IMG/VR virus record: IMGVR_UViG_3300043429_000212
Coordinates: 1,081-65,080 of that record
DNA length: 64,000 nt
Strand: one strand, 5' to 3'
Source of the DNA: a virus
Taxonomy: Duplodnaviria > Caudoviricetes
Shown here: positions 8,910 through 16,836 of the stretch, piece after piece
How positions within the stretch are numbered: position 1 is the first letter of the stretch
Layout: the number at the start of each line of letters is the position of its first letter
Notes under the pieces: generated by a model
What the model was told of the DNA's origin: nothing
The model's input: the letters and a program-made list of their open reading frames with translations, nothing else
Database searches by the model: none
Made by a program: the position numbers and the translations under genes

Positions 8910-9217
8910 TTCGATCTCCAGACGGGTTGTGCCCGCGCATGACTTTTGATCGAGCGGCTGCTCATGTACTCCCCCGTCTTCTCAATGAGCTTGAGCTTCG
9001 ACAGGTGTAAACAGACCGCTCCCCAGGCGTTCGGGGATGGTGGACTCGGGAAGCCGTTACGCTCGGCCCTCAATCTGACATCCTCGAACAGGGCACCTTT
9101 GTACCCTATGTCATGGAGGTATGCAAGTGCTATCTTTACTGCTTTGCTATGCCAATCTTCACCGGCATTGGACAGAGCTTGCTGAGCCCCAGCATCTCTC
9201 AGAGATTGACCGTCCAT
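8906..9217 (-). CDS. conserved phage protein, probable winged-helix DNA-binding fold
   Basis: RBS GAAGGAGG before ATG 9217; PNAWGA..SH.R..VW pattern. Confidence 0.65.
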   Translation of the reverse strand: MDGQSLRDAGAQQALSNAGEDWHSKAVKIALAYLHDIGYKGALFEDVRLRAERNGFPSPPSPNAWGAVCLHLSKLKLIEKTGEYMSSRSIKSHARAQPVWRSK

Positions 9218-9661
9218 CACTACCTCCTTCGCTTTAGGCAAGCCTCTGCCAAAGCCAGGGGTTGGGTGATCCCCCCTGTCTTGCTCTGTCCTTCCTGGAT
9301 GGAACCAAAGAAGAACTGTCTTCCTCCGTAATGCCTGTCATCCTCTGTATCGGATGCTGACCCATTGAGCAGGTGGGTAAGTCCTGCCGGCTGGTCCCTG
9401 CCGCCCCTACATCACCCTGTACGCATCGTTTGCTGCCTGTGCTGGAGGGCACATGCAGCCCGGTCCCCTGGATCACCGGCGTTGACAGGCTCGGGCACAT
9501 GCTCTGGCCCCGATGAGGTGTTTCTTGGGTTCGGCCCATGCAGGCCATCTGCTAACGCGCCCTGACGATCATCTGCACTGAACACCCCCGGCACCCGGAG
9601 CCAGAGGCTCAGTCTGGTTGTCCTGGGGTGAGAGCCCCGAGGGTGTTCGGTACAGACGATC
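9218..9661 (-). ncRNA. large structured non-coding RNA or 5' leader (~440 nt)
   Basis: Starts 6 nt after a predicted -10; 21-bp closing stem with G-U pairs favouring the - strand; many hairpins, a long-range 8-bp helix and an H-type pseudoknot; no credible ORF. Confidence 0.65.
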
Positions 9662-9666
9662 AGACC

Positions 9667-9717
9667 ATCCTACTGGATGTGATGGGGCTTTGCAAGCATG
9701 ATCTACTCGGCTACACT
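9667..9717. promoter_or_regulatory. divergent sigma70 promoters sharing a palindromic -35 (TTGCAA, 9690-9695)
   Basis: - strand TTGCAA-17-TAGGAT (-10 at 9672-9667); + strand TTGCAA-16-TACACT (-10 at 9712-9717). Confidence 0.65.
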
Positions 9718-9722
9718 GGCTT

Positions 9723-9803
9723 TCGCTCAGTTGCTTGAGCGATCTCCCTCCTGTGGCGCTGGGTAGCGCCTTTGACCCCGGCGGACACCGGGGTCTTTTT
9801 TTT
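9723..9803 (+). ncRNA. small RNA with exposed anti-Shine-Dalgarno tract and intrinsic terminator
   Basis: Hairpin TCGCTCA/TGAGCGA, single-stranded TCTCCCTCCTGT, hairpin GGCGCT/AGCGCC, terminator GACCCCGG/CCGGGGTC plus T8. Confidence 0.72.
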
Positions 9804-10167
9804 GCCCCGGCATCTCTGTGACCGTGATGACACAGCGAGGGCACTCCTTGTCTTGATGCCAGTAGATGTGCTTCTCCTTGACCTGCCTGTCGTTTAAATA
9901 GAGCTTTCCCTGGAGGAGGTCCAGGATCAGGCTCTCGTCAAGGTCTGGACGTCGGGAGGCGTACCAGATGTGGATCTCTACAGATACATCTAGTGCCGTG
10001 GGGTGACTGGCCGGGGCGCATTGCTGTTGAAACGACTCAGCGTAGGTCAGGGCCTTCTTGCTCTTGATGAGCCGGGACATGCTGCCGAACCGGACCAGCC
10101 TCCGGCTGTTGGCCTTGCTGGCGGGCTCTCCAAAAATTTCCCTTGTCTCGCAAAAAAGTGCTTGCAT
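9727..10167 (-). CDS. rusA: RusA-like Holliday junction resolvase
   Basis: GEPASKANSRR, RRPDLD and NDRQV motifs; start uncertain. Confidence 0.75.
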   Translation of the reverse strand: MQALFCETREIFGEPASKANSRRLVRFGSMSRLIKSKKALTYAESFQQQCAPASHPTALDVSVEIHIWYASRRPDLDESLILDLLQGKLYLNDRQVKEKHIYWHQDKECPRCVITVTEMPGQKKDPGVRRGQRRYPAPQEGDRSSN

Positions 10168-10190
10168 TCCTTCAGCACTAGCGATATGCT
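10162..10190 (+). promoter_or_regulatory. sigma70-type promoter of recombination operon
   Basis: TTGCAT-17 bp-TATGCT, then RBS ACAGGAGG at 10208-10215. Confidence 0.6.
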
Positions 10191-10220
10191 TTCTTCCGTC
10201 GCCACTCACAGGAGGTCTCC

Positions 10221-11096
10221 TTGAAGATCACAAACAACCACGGCGCACCAGCAACGCTGGTCGCTTTGGCGAACAAGAACCACTACTCGAAAGGGGCAGC
10301 AGACTACTCGATCACCGAGCTTCTGTCTCCCCCTCGTGTTCGCCGTTTGAGAGAACGGCACGATGCTCGCCTAGAGCAAGATGTCTCCGACATGCTTTGG
10401 TCCCTGCTCGGATCGGCACTCCATGTGGTTGCCGAGCGGGCCTCTGCGGATCAGCATGTCACAGAGGAGAGGATCTTTGCAGAAATCGACGGTGTCAAGG
10501 TGTCTGGCGCCATCGATCTGCAAGAGATGACCGAACAGGGAGTCATCATCACAGACTACAAGTTCACATCCGCCTACTCGGTGATGAACGAGAAGAAGGA
10601 GTGGGAAGAGCAACTCAACTTGTACAAGTGGCTGGTCGAGTCTAGGAAGCGAATTCCTGTGATCGGTCTACGGATCTGCGCCTTGATCCGTGACTTCTCC
10701 AGGCATGACCGCCGAGAGAACTACCCGGCCAGCCCCATCCACATGGTCGAGATCCCGATGTGGGACTCGGTCAAGGCCGAGGCGTTTGTGCGTGCCCGTT
10801 TACATCTGCACGCAGAAGCCAAGTTTGCCGATGCAATGGAAGAACCCCTTCCCCCTTGCAGCGACGAAGAGAGGTGGTTCTCTGAGACCACCTACGCCGT
10901 GAAGAAGGAGGGCAGGAAGACTGCCGTCCGTGTGTTCAAGACGATTGAAGAGGCCAAGGAGTTGGCCCAGAAGGAGAAAGGCTATGTCGAAACCCGAGCA
11001 GGAGAACCCCGCCGTTGCACCGGAAATTACTGCAACGTTGCCGAGTACTGCGATCAGTACCAATCAGAAGTCAGTGCAGGACTTGCTGAAACTTGA
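10221..11096 (+). CDS. PD-(D/E)XK (Cas4/RecB-like) exonuclease
   Basis: GSALH, SGAID, TDYK, QLNLY and C-terminal RC..YC..C; TTG start after a strong RBS. Confidence 0.8.
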   Translation: MKITNNHGAPATLVALANKNHYSKGAADYSITELLSPPRVRRLRERHDARLEQDVSDMLWSLLGSALHVVAERASADQHVTEERIFAEIDGVKVSGAIDLQEMTEQGVIITDYKFTSAYSVMNEKKEWEEQLNLYKWLVESRKRIPVIGLRICALIRDFSRHDRRENYPASPIHMVEIPMWDSVKAEAFVRARLHLHAEAKFADAMEEPLPPCSDEERWFSETTYAVKKEGRKTAVRVFKTIEEAKELAQKEKGYVETRAGEPRRCTGNYCNVAEYCDQYQSEVSAGLAET

Positions 11097-11769
11097 TGTC
11101 TCCAAGTTCATCGAGAAGAAGCAGGGCCTGAGCTATGTCTCTTGGGCTCATGCCTGGGCCGTGGCGCTCAACGCCGACCCTGCCGCCAACTTCCATGTCC
11201 ACATGTTCGATGAACGGTGCGTCATGTATGTAAACGGCACTGCGATGGTGTGGGTCGATGTGACCATGTTCGGCAAGACCGTCACCGCATGGCTTCCCGT
11301 GATGGATCACCGTAACAAGCCCATCCAGGATCCGGATGCGTTCCAGATCAACACGGCACTGATGCGGTGCCTCACCAAGGCATTGGGGTTCCACGGGATC
11401 GGACTCAACGTCTACGCAGGCGAGGATCTCCCTTTGGAAGTGCCGAGTGTGTTGGATGAGCAGCCTGAGAAAACTGCTCCCAAGCCCAGTATCAAGAAGG
11501 AGGCAAAGAAGGATCCTGTGAAGGAGCCCGTGCAGGATGTCCAGGAAGAGAAGAAGGAAGGAAGCAATGAAGATCCTCGGCTGTCTGCCGAGTTGTTCAC
11601 CGAGTCCTTTGTGGAATACATGATCGTGGTGAAGACTAACGACGGTTTGAACAGCTACTGGAAGAGCAATCAGTCCAAGCTGGACAAGCTGAAGTCTGGC
11701 TACCCCGATCTGTATGAGCGGTGCCTGTCTGTTGCCAAGGACCGGCGTCAACAACTGAGTAAGGAGTGA
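11074..11769 (+). CDS. Sak/DUF1071 single-strand annealing protein
   Basis: LSYVSWAHAW, LPVMDHRNK, INTALMRCLTKA, YAGEDLP; start uncertain (GTG 11074 or ATG 10984). Confidence 0.85.
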   Translation: MQDLLKLDVSKFIEKKQGLSYVSWAHAWAVALNADPAANFHVHMFDERCVMYVNGTAMVWVDVTMFGKTVTAWLPVMDHRNKPIQDPDAFQINTALMRCLTKALGFHGIGLNVYAGEDLPLEVPSVLDEQPEKTAPKPSIKKEAKKDPVKEPVQDVQEEKKEGSNEDPRLSAELFTESFVEYMIVVKTNDGLNSYWKSNQSKLDKLKSGYPDLYERCLSVAKDRRQQLSKE

Positions 11770-11771
11770 TC

Positions 11772-12053
11772 ATGGCATTTGAACAACGTCCCGACTCCGG
11801 GCGGCTGATGGCCGCTCAGAGCAAGCGCAGCGAGAAGGCACCCGACTACTGGGGAGAACTCGCCATCAACATCAAAGACCTGACCAACGCTCAGGTCGAG
11901 CAGGGTTTTGTGACCTTCAAGCTGTCTGGCTGGAAGAAGCAAAGCAAGAGCGGCGTGACCTACCTGAGCTTGGCGGTTGACCGTCGGGTTCCCCAGCAGG
12001 AAAGCCGTACTCCCCCCACCCGCCGTCAAAACGACGACGACATTCCGTTCTGA
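11772..12053 (+). CDS. single-stranded DNA-binding protein-like
   Basis: APDYWG, LSGWKK, YLSL and acidic DDDIPF tail; follows the annealase. Confidence 0.75.
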   Translation: MAFEQRPDSGRLMAAQSKRSEKAPDYWGELAINIKDLTNAQVEQGFVTFKLSGWKKQSKSGVTYLSLAVDRRVPQQESRTPPTRRQNDDDIPF

Positions 12054-12063
12054 AAGGAAAACC

Positions 12064-12429
12064 ATGAGCAAGACTCAGCAGGCACAGGAGATGTTCCGCG
12101 CCAACAACCAAGCCACGGCCAAGGAAGTGGCTGAGAAAGTTGGCATCTCTGTGGCCCACGCCTACACCATCCGCCGTGCGGTGGTTGGTCCGGTCTACCG
12201 CCACAAGAAGAAGCGCGCCCGCGTTCAAACGGAAGGCCAGAAGACTGTGATCCAACTGATCAAGACCGAGGCCAATGGGTCCGACGAGAAGGACAAGACC
12301 ATCAAGTCTCTCAACGACTCGATCATCCTTCTTCAGGCTCAACTGAGCGATGCACTCCGTCGAGTGGAAGAGGATCGCGCCGTCATCCGCTACCTGGAGC
12401 GGAAGATCGAAGATGCCGCTTCAGTTTGA
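12064..12429 (+). CDS. HTH plus coiled-coil protein
   Basis: TAKEVAEKVGISVAHAYTIR; RBS AAGGA. Confidence 0.65.
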   Translation: MSKTQQAQEMFRANNQATAKEVAEKVGISVAHAYTIRRAVVGPVYRHKKKRARVQTEGQKTVIQLIKTEANGSDEKDKTIKSLNDSIILLQAQLSDALRRVEEDRAVIRYLERKIEDAASV

Positions 12430-12790
12430 GGCGCGGAAAGTCGCCCTCAAGCAGGACAGGACAGGGTTCGTCTTGACCCTGTCCGTACACCCCGACGAAT
12501 TTCCGGCAGAACTTCTGCGGGATTTTGTCGGGGCTCGATATGCCTGTGTGATGGTCCGGATCAACGACGACGAGACGCCCGTCGCATACAACAACAGGGT
12601 TCAGAAAGCAGCCATGCTGTGCAAGAACCCATCGTTTCAACAACTGCTTGGAACCAAAGGAGAGGATGCCACAGCGAAAGCCTTGTGTGACCGCCTGGGG
12701 ATCGACTCCCGGACAGAACTCAATGGCAACTCACTGGCTCAATCCCTCTTCGATGACCTTGTGGCGGAGTTTGAAAATGAAGCCTTCTAA
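12413..12790 (+). CDS. conserved hypothetical phage protein
   Basis: ORF in operon context. Confidence 0.65.
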   Translation: MPLQFEARKVALKQDRTGFVLTLSVHPDEFPAELLRDFVGARYACVMVRINDDETPVAYNNRVQKAAMLCKNPSFQQLLGTKGEDATAKALCDRLGIDSRTELNGNSLAQSLFDDLVAEFENEAF

Positions 12791-13145
12791 TCTTCGACCG
12801 TTCTTTGCATACCTGAGCGAAGCCCAGTACTCGGCGTTGAAACACTTCTCTCAGAAGAATGGTGTGCCGATGACTCAGGTTGTCCGGGAGAGCATCGAGT
12901 CTCGACTTTCTTCCGGCGATCTGTTTGTCGCTGGCTACAACCAGGGCCTGCAAGACGCCATCTCCGCGATCAATCGCAACAACATCTCCAAGATGACATT
13001 TCCTTCAGGAAGGACTTTCGGTGAACTCATCATTGAAGACATCTCAGCCTGCATCCGAAACGATGGAGCAGGATCCGATCAGGTTCAACAAGAAGCGTCT
13101 CAAGAAGCCCAAGGGAACGCTTCCGAGCCCGGAGCAGCAGCGTGA
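12777..13145 (+). CDS. ribbon-helix-helix DNA-binding protein
   Basis: FFAYLSEAQYSALKHFSQKNGVPMTQVVRESIE fits an RHH pattern. Confidence 0.6.
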   Translation: MKPSNLRPFFAYLSEAQYSALKHFSQKNGVPMTQVVRESIESRLSSGDLFVAGYNQGLQDAISAINRNNISKMTFPSGRTFGELIIEDISACIRNDGAGSDQVQQEASQEAQGNASEPGAAA

Positions 13146-13339
13146 AGCACAGCGTCTCAAGGACGCAGCCATCAGAGCCTGGGCAGCAGATCGAGGCGTT
13201 GGAACTAAGCCCCCAACGTTCCCGGAACGTTGACAACTGGCCCTTCACCTTCTCCATCATCGATGGAGAGGTGGTGAAGAACATCTACCGTTTCAACAAG
13301 ATTGCCTTTCTCAAGGCACAAGAGGAGGCTTTGTTTTGA
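13142..13339 (+). CDS. hypothetical protein
   Basis: GTGA-coupled ORF; start uncertain. Confidence 0.45.
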   Translation: MKHSVSRTQPSEPGQQIEALELSPQRSRNVDNWPFTFSIIDGEVVKNIYRFNKIAFLKAQEEALF

Positions 13340-13551
13340 ATCCGATGGAACTCAACAGGGTCAACAAACGAGTCGAGCAGATTGCGTATGTCTTGAAGAA
13401 CATCACGTTCGTTCCGCATCACAAGCTGCGAGGTTCCTTCGTTGCACCCGGGCACAGCAAAGAGTCGCCCCGTATCTTCAATGAGAACCAACTCAAGATG
13501 ATGGGAGCGAAGAAAGTGAAACTCAATCTTTGGCCGAGGACATACGAATGA
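13336..13551 (+). CDS. hypothetical protein
   Basis: RBS GAGGAGG; coupled ORF. Confidence 0.6.
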   Translation: MNPMELNRVNKRVEQIAYVLKNITFVPHHKLRGSFVAPGHSKESPRIFNENQLKMMGAKKVKLNLWPRTYE

Positions 13552-13859
13552 TGACCTATCCAATCGTGGAGCTTGAGGTGATCCGCTGGGCAGAGGCCCG
13601 GGGGATCATCCCCAACGCGACCACCAAGTCCCAACTTCTCAAGGCAGTGTCTGAGCTTGGTGAGCTTGCTGACGCCGAAGGGAAGGGAGATGTAAACGCC
13701 ATCAAGGACGCCGTGGGCGATGTGATGGTGTGCCTCATCAACTACTGCGCTTTGCGAGACATCAATCTGGTGGAGTGCCTGAACCTTGCGTTTCAACAGA
13801 TCAAGGATCGCAAGGGCCGGCTGATGCCTGATGGCACCTTCGTAAAGGAAGCGCCGTGA
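13548..13859 (+). CDS. MazG-like nucleotide pyrophosphohydrolase
   Basis: QLLKAVSELGELADA..DAVGD..IKDRKG. Confidence 0.85.
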   Translation: MMTYPIVELEVIRWAEARGIIPNATTKSQLLKAVSELGELADAEGKGDVNAIKDAVGDVMVCLINYCALRDINLVECLNLAFQQIKDRKGRLMPDGTFVKEAP

Positions 13860-14005
13860 AGATCAAGATGCTGACCAAGGCCCGTCAACTCTGGAACACG
13901 GGCAACAGGCCCCTTGATCGCTACAACCAGAGAGCGTGGGTTCGTGCCATCCGTAAGCTGGGGGACAAGTGGCTCTTGGCAGCATACGTGGAGAGGAAGA
14001 CATGA
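13856..14005 (+). CDS. 49-aa hypothetical protein (not in the ORF track)
   Basis: GTGA/ATGA-coupled at both ends; RYNQRAWVRAIRKLGDKWLLA. Confidence 0.6.
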   Translation: MKIKMLTKARQLWNTGNRPLDRYNQRAWVRAIRKLGDKWLLAAYVERKT

Positions 14006-14271
14006 GCGGGGGTTACTTCGGTTATGCGCAGTACAAGATCGATCAGATCTCTGACCAGATATCTGAAATCATCCGCAACAACGACAGAACGGAGTTCCCC
14101 TTCTCCCCCGCCACCATCCAAAGATTTACAGAAGCCATCCGCGCCCTAGAGATTGCGTTCGTTTACGCACGACGGGTTGACTGGCTTGTCAGCGGTGACG
14201 ATAAAGAAGAGTTTTTCGAGGCAAAGCTGCTCCAAGACCTCGCCGAGGTGGACGAAGACCTAAAGGCATGA
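14002..14271 (+). CDS. hypothetical protein, paralogue of 14857-15117
   Basis: MSGGYFGY..RVDWLVSGDD. Confidence 0.7.
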   Translation: MSGGYFGYAQYKIDQISDQISEIIRNNDRTEFPFSPATIQRFTEAIRALEIAFVYARRVDWLVSGDDKEEFFEAKLLQDLAEVDEDLKA

Positions 14272-14272
14272 C

Positions 14273-14485
14273 ATGGAAAAGATGTACTGCATCAAGTTCT
14301 CCTCAGAGGGGAACATCCTCCCGACTACCCGCGTGGTCATCTCTGCCGCGTATCCGCATGAAGCCCTTGATGGCTTCTGGTGCTGGATGAGATTGCAGCC
14401 CTGGTACATGCACACATGGGTCTTGAACATCTCAATGGAAGAGATCCTTCGCATCGACAACCCGCCCAAGAACTACAGGATTTAA
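14273..14485 (+). CDS. hypothetical protein
   Basis: ORF tiling the operon. Confidence 0.55.
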   Translation: MEKMYCIKFSSEGNILPTTRVVISAAYPHEALDGFWCWMRLQPWYMHTWVLNISMEEILRIDNPPKNYRI

Positions 14486-14487
14486 AC

Positions 14488-14844
14488 ATGCCACAGCCGC
14501 CAAGCAACAAGGGCCGAAAGATCACCAAGATTGGTGCCCTGACCTTTTCCCAGCTTCTCAAGTACTTGAATGAGGGTTTGTACTCATGCAAGGAGCTATC
14601 AGAACTGACAGGATTGCACTATGTCACGGTGCTTGAGTACACGAGAGCTATGTACCAAGCCGGGGCAGTTCACATTGGGGCTTGGGAGGCTGACTCTCGT
14701 GGTCGGCACATCATCAAGATCTACAAGGTGGGTGCTGGTAAGGATGCAAAGCGGCAAAAGATCAGTGCATCAGAGAGAGCGATTGCTTACCGCACCAAGC
14801 AGAAGCAACTTAACACTCTCAGGAGGCTGAATGGACAGGCATGA
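14488..14844 (+). CDS. winged-HTH DNA-binding protein
   Basis: YSCKELSELTGLHYVTVLEY. Confidence 0.65.
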   Translation: MPQPPSNKGRKITKIGALTFSQLLKYLNEGLYSCKELSELTGLHYVTVLEYTRAMYQAGAVHIGAWEADSRGRHIIKIYKVGAGKDAKRQKISASERAIAYRTKQKQLNTLRRLNGQA

Positions 14845-14856
14845 AGGAGTTCAGAA

Positions 14857-15117
14857 ATGAGCGGCGGGTACTTCGACTACGTCCAGGACCGCATGTTCCG
14901 TGCGGCGGACAGGCTGGCGTCCCTCATTGAGACCGATGACCAGTACAGCCGGGAGACGCTCGAAGAGTTTGGCAAGGCACTCGCCATGCTTCGCGCTTCA
15001 GCGATCTACCTGCAACGCATTGATTGGCTCATCTCCGGTGATGACACCGAGGAGTCCTTCCACAAGTATTTGAAGGAAGAGTTGCTCTGCATTCCCAAGG
15101 AGAACAGCAATGACTGA
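14857..15117 (+). CDS. hypothetical protein, paralogue of 14002-14271
   Basis: MSGGYFDY..RIDWLISGDD; RBS AAGGAG. Confidence 0.7.
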   Translation: MSGGYFDYVQDRMFRAADRLASLIETDDQYSRETLEEFGKALAMLRASAIYLQRIDWLISGDDTEESFHKYLKEELLCIPKENSND

Positions 15118-15361
15118 AGACGTCTGCAAGCCGTCAACGACGGGAGAGCATGAGTGGAGGCCCTTCCTCTCCGGAGGATACAAGTGCGTCTATTGCGGGC
15201 AGGAATGGGTGCCGGTTGAGCCCTGCGTTGATCCCGACGAGATCGAAGCGCACAAGTACGTCGAGCCCGAGCCCGAGCCGCTGTGGCCGAAGGTTGTGGG
15301 CGTGGTCATTGCGATCATCCTGATCGGTCTGGTGTTCGGTCCTGTGGGGGTGATCAAGTGA
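15110..15361 (+). CDS. small protein with Zn-finger-like segment and C-terminal TM helix
   Basis: C..H..CVYC; VVGVVIAIILIGLVFG. Confidence 0.6.
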   Translation: MTEDVCKPSTTGEHEWRPFLSGGYKCVYCGQEWVPVEPCVDPDEIEAHKYVEPEPEPLWPKVVGVVIAIILIGLVFGPVGVIK

Positions 15362-15582
15362 AGCTCATCCTCTTGACAACGGTGCTGCTCATTGCAGGCT
15401 GCGCGCCCACAGGGTTTTACGAGTCGGAGACAACACCAAAAGGGTGGCGTGTGATTACTACACCCGGTAACAACTTCTCCTATATCGTGCCTGTGGTTAT
15501 GGACGATGGAACCCGTTGCATTGTGCTGTCCAGCAATAGCAGCGGCAGAGGCGGCATAACCTGCGATTGGGGGAAGAAATGA
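15358..15582 (+). CDS. putative lipoprotein
   Basis: Signal peptide MKLILLTTVLLIAG-C with lipobox. Confidence 0.65.
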   Translation: MKLILLTTVLLIAGCAPTGFYESETTPKGWRVITTPGNNFSYIVPVVMDDGTRCIVLSSNSSGRGGITCDWGKK

Positions 15583-15869
15583 CAAAGCTACGCGAGGCAG
15601 CAAAGCTGGCCCTTGAGTCTCTGCGAGGATACCGCCGTGAGCTTGATTGCTCCCAGCCTTGTGATGCAGAGCGAGCACTAGAGGCAGAGCTGGCGCAATA
15701 CGACAAGGATGTCCAGTGGCTGAAGGAACGCCAAGAGCATTGGTGTAAACAGAAGTCGCTTTGGGAGCGTGCTATGCATTCGCAATGCGCTCAGGGCTGC
15801 GAGTTCCTGGCGATGGAGCAGCGACTTAACGAGCGCGAGCACAGGCTCAAGGAAAGGGGATTTGAATGA
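15579..15869 (+). CDS. hypothetical protein
   Basis: ATGA-coupled ORF. Confidence 0.6.
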   Translation: MTKLREAAKLALESLRGYRRELDCSQPCDAERALEAELAQYDKDVQWLKERQEHWCKQKSLWERAMHSQCAQGCEFLAMEQRLNEREHRLKERGFE

Positions 15870-16423
15870 CCACCATCACCGTACCCCGCGCAGTGCTGGA
15901 GAAGGCGCAGGAGGCGTTGATCCACATGTGCCACAACACCTTTGCCGACAAAGGATACGACGGCCAACTCGTTCAAGACGCCATTGACGGTCTTAAAGGG
16001 GCGCTGGCGCAGCAGGGGCAGGAGCCGATAAAGCACAAACTGACTGAATGGGGCTTCTGTGGCGCGTGTGGTCACGACAAGATTCCCGGAGAGTCTTGCG
16101 CGCGTAGTGATTGCCCTGAAAAACCAGTCACCCACCCACCCCGGCGCGAGACGGAGCAAGAGCCGGTGGCGCGGGTTCTACAGACGGTCGGCCGGCACCA
16201 CACCGGCCGGTTCGTTGCCGAGGTTGAGGCAGTGCGCAGGCTGCGCATTGGCGAAATCCTCTATACCGCCCCACCCCGCCGCGAGTGGCAGTCGTTGAGC
16301 GAGGAGGAAATTGCCAAAGTTTGGTGCGGCGCTGTGATGGCGCAATCTACTAAGGAGCCAGGACTTGGGGTTATTGGCTTTGCCCGCGCCGTCGATGCCG
16401 CGCTAAAGGAGAAGAACTCATGA
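15866..16423 (+). CDS. modular hypothetical protein (QEPVA..PPRREWQSL family)
   Basis: Shares repeat blocks with 16420-16836. Confidence 0.7.
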   Translation: MTTITVPRAVLEKAQEALIHMCHNTFADKGYDGQLVQDAIDGLKGALAQQGQEPIKHKLTEWGFCGACGHDKIPGESCARSDCPEKPVTHPPRRETEQEPVARVLQTVGRHHTGRFVAEVEAVRRLRIGEILYTAPPRREWQSLSEEEIAKVWCGAVMAQSTKEPGLGVIGFARAVDAALKEKNS

Positions 16424-16836
16424 ATGACCAGGAACGAGCCGTAATGCAGAAGGCGCAGGAGGCGTTGGAAAAGGCAAGAGATACGACGCATAGCGACACG
16501 TTGTACGCCCAGTTTGAGGTTGCCATCACCGCCCTCCGCGCCGCGCTGGAGCAGCAGGAGCCGGGGCAGGGGCAGGAGCCGGTGGCGTGGGTAGATGAGG
16601 CGTCCATTGCGTGGTTGGCTGAACATCCTCGCGGGATCATCACTACGCGCCTTGTAAAGCAGAAATCGCCTGAGCGCCAGATGGCCATGTATGCCGAACC
16701 ACCCCGCCGCGAGTGGCAGTCGCTGAGCGAGGAGGAGATCAACGAGTTGTCGCACACGATGGTCAAAGGGCACAAGTCAGTGAACTGGCTTGCCCGCGCC
16801 ATCGAGGCCGCGCTGAAGGAGAAGAACAATGGCTGA
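16420..16836 (+). CDS. modular hypothetical protein (QEPVA..PPRREWQSL family)
   Basis: Shares repeat blocks with 15866-16423. Confidence 0.7.
   Translation: MNDQERAVMQKAQEALEKARDTTHSDTLYAQFEVAITALRAALEQQEPGQGQEPVAWVDEASIAWLAEHPRGIITTRLVKQKSPERQMAMYAEPPRREWQSLSEEEINELSHTMVKGHKSVNWLARAIEAALKEKNNG

Noticed and set aside
9234-9594. ORFs 9234-9548, 9365-9565 and 9412-9594
   Set aside because: No RBS, unnatural composition, and the region is better explained by RNA structure; not formally excluded
9218-9661. Group I intron, tmRNA, RNase P or tRNA identity for the structured region
   Set aside because: No interrupted gene and none of the conserved core sequences found by eye
10221-11096. Cas4 of a CRISPR system
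   Set aside because: Context with annealase and SSB indicates a recombination exonuclease
13063-13233. Alternative ORF MEQDPIRFNKK
   Set aside because: Fully overlapped by two ORFs that are coupled to each other; cannot decide from sequence alone
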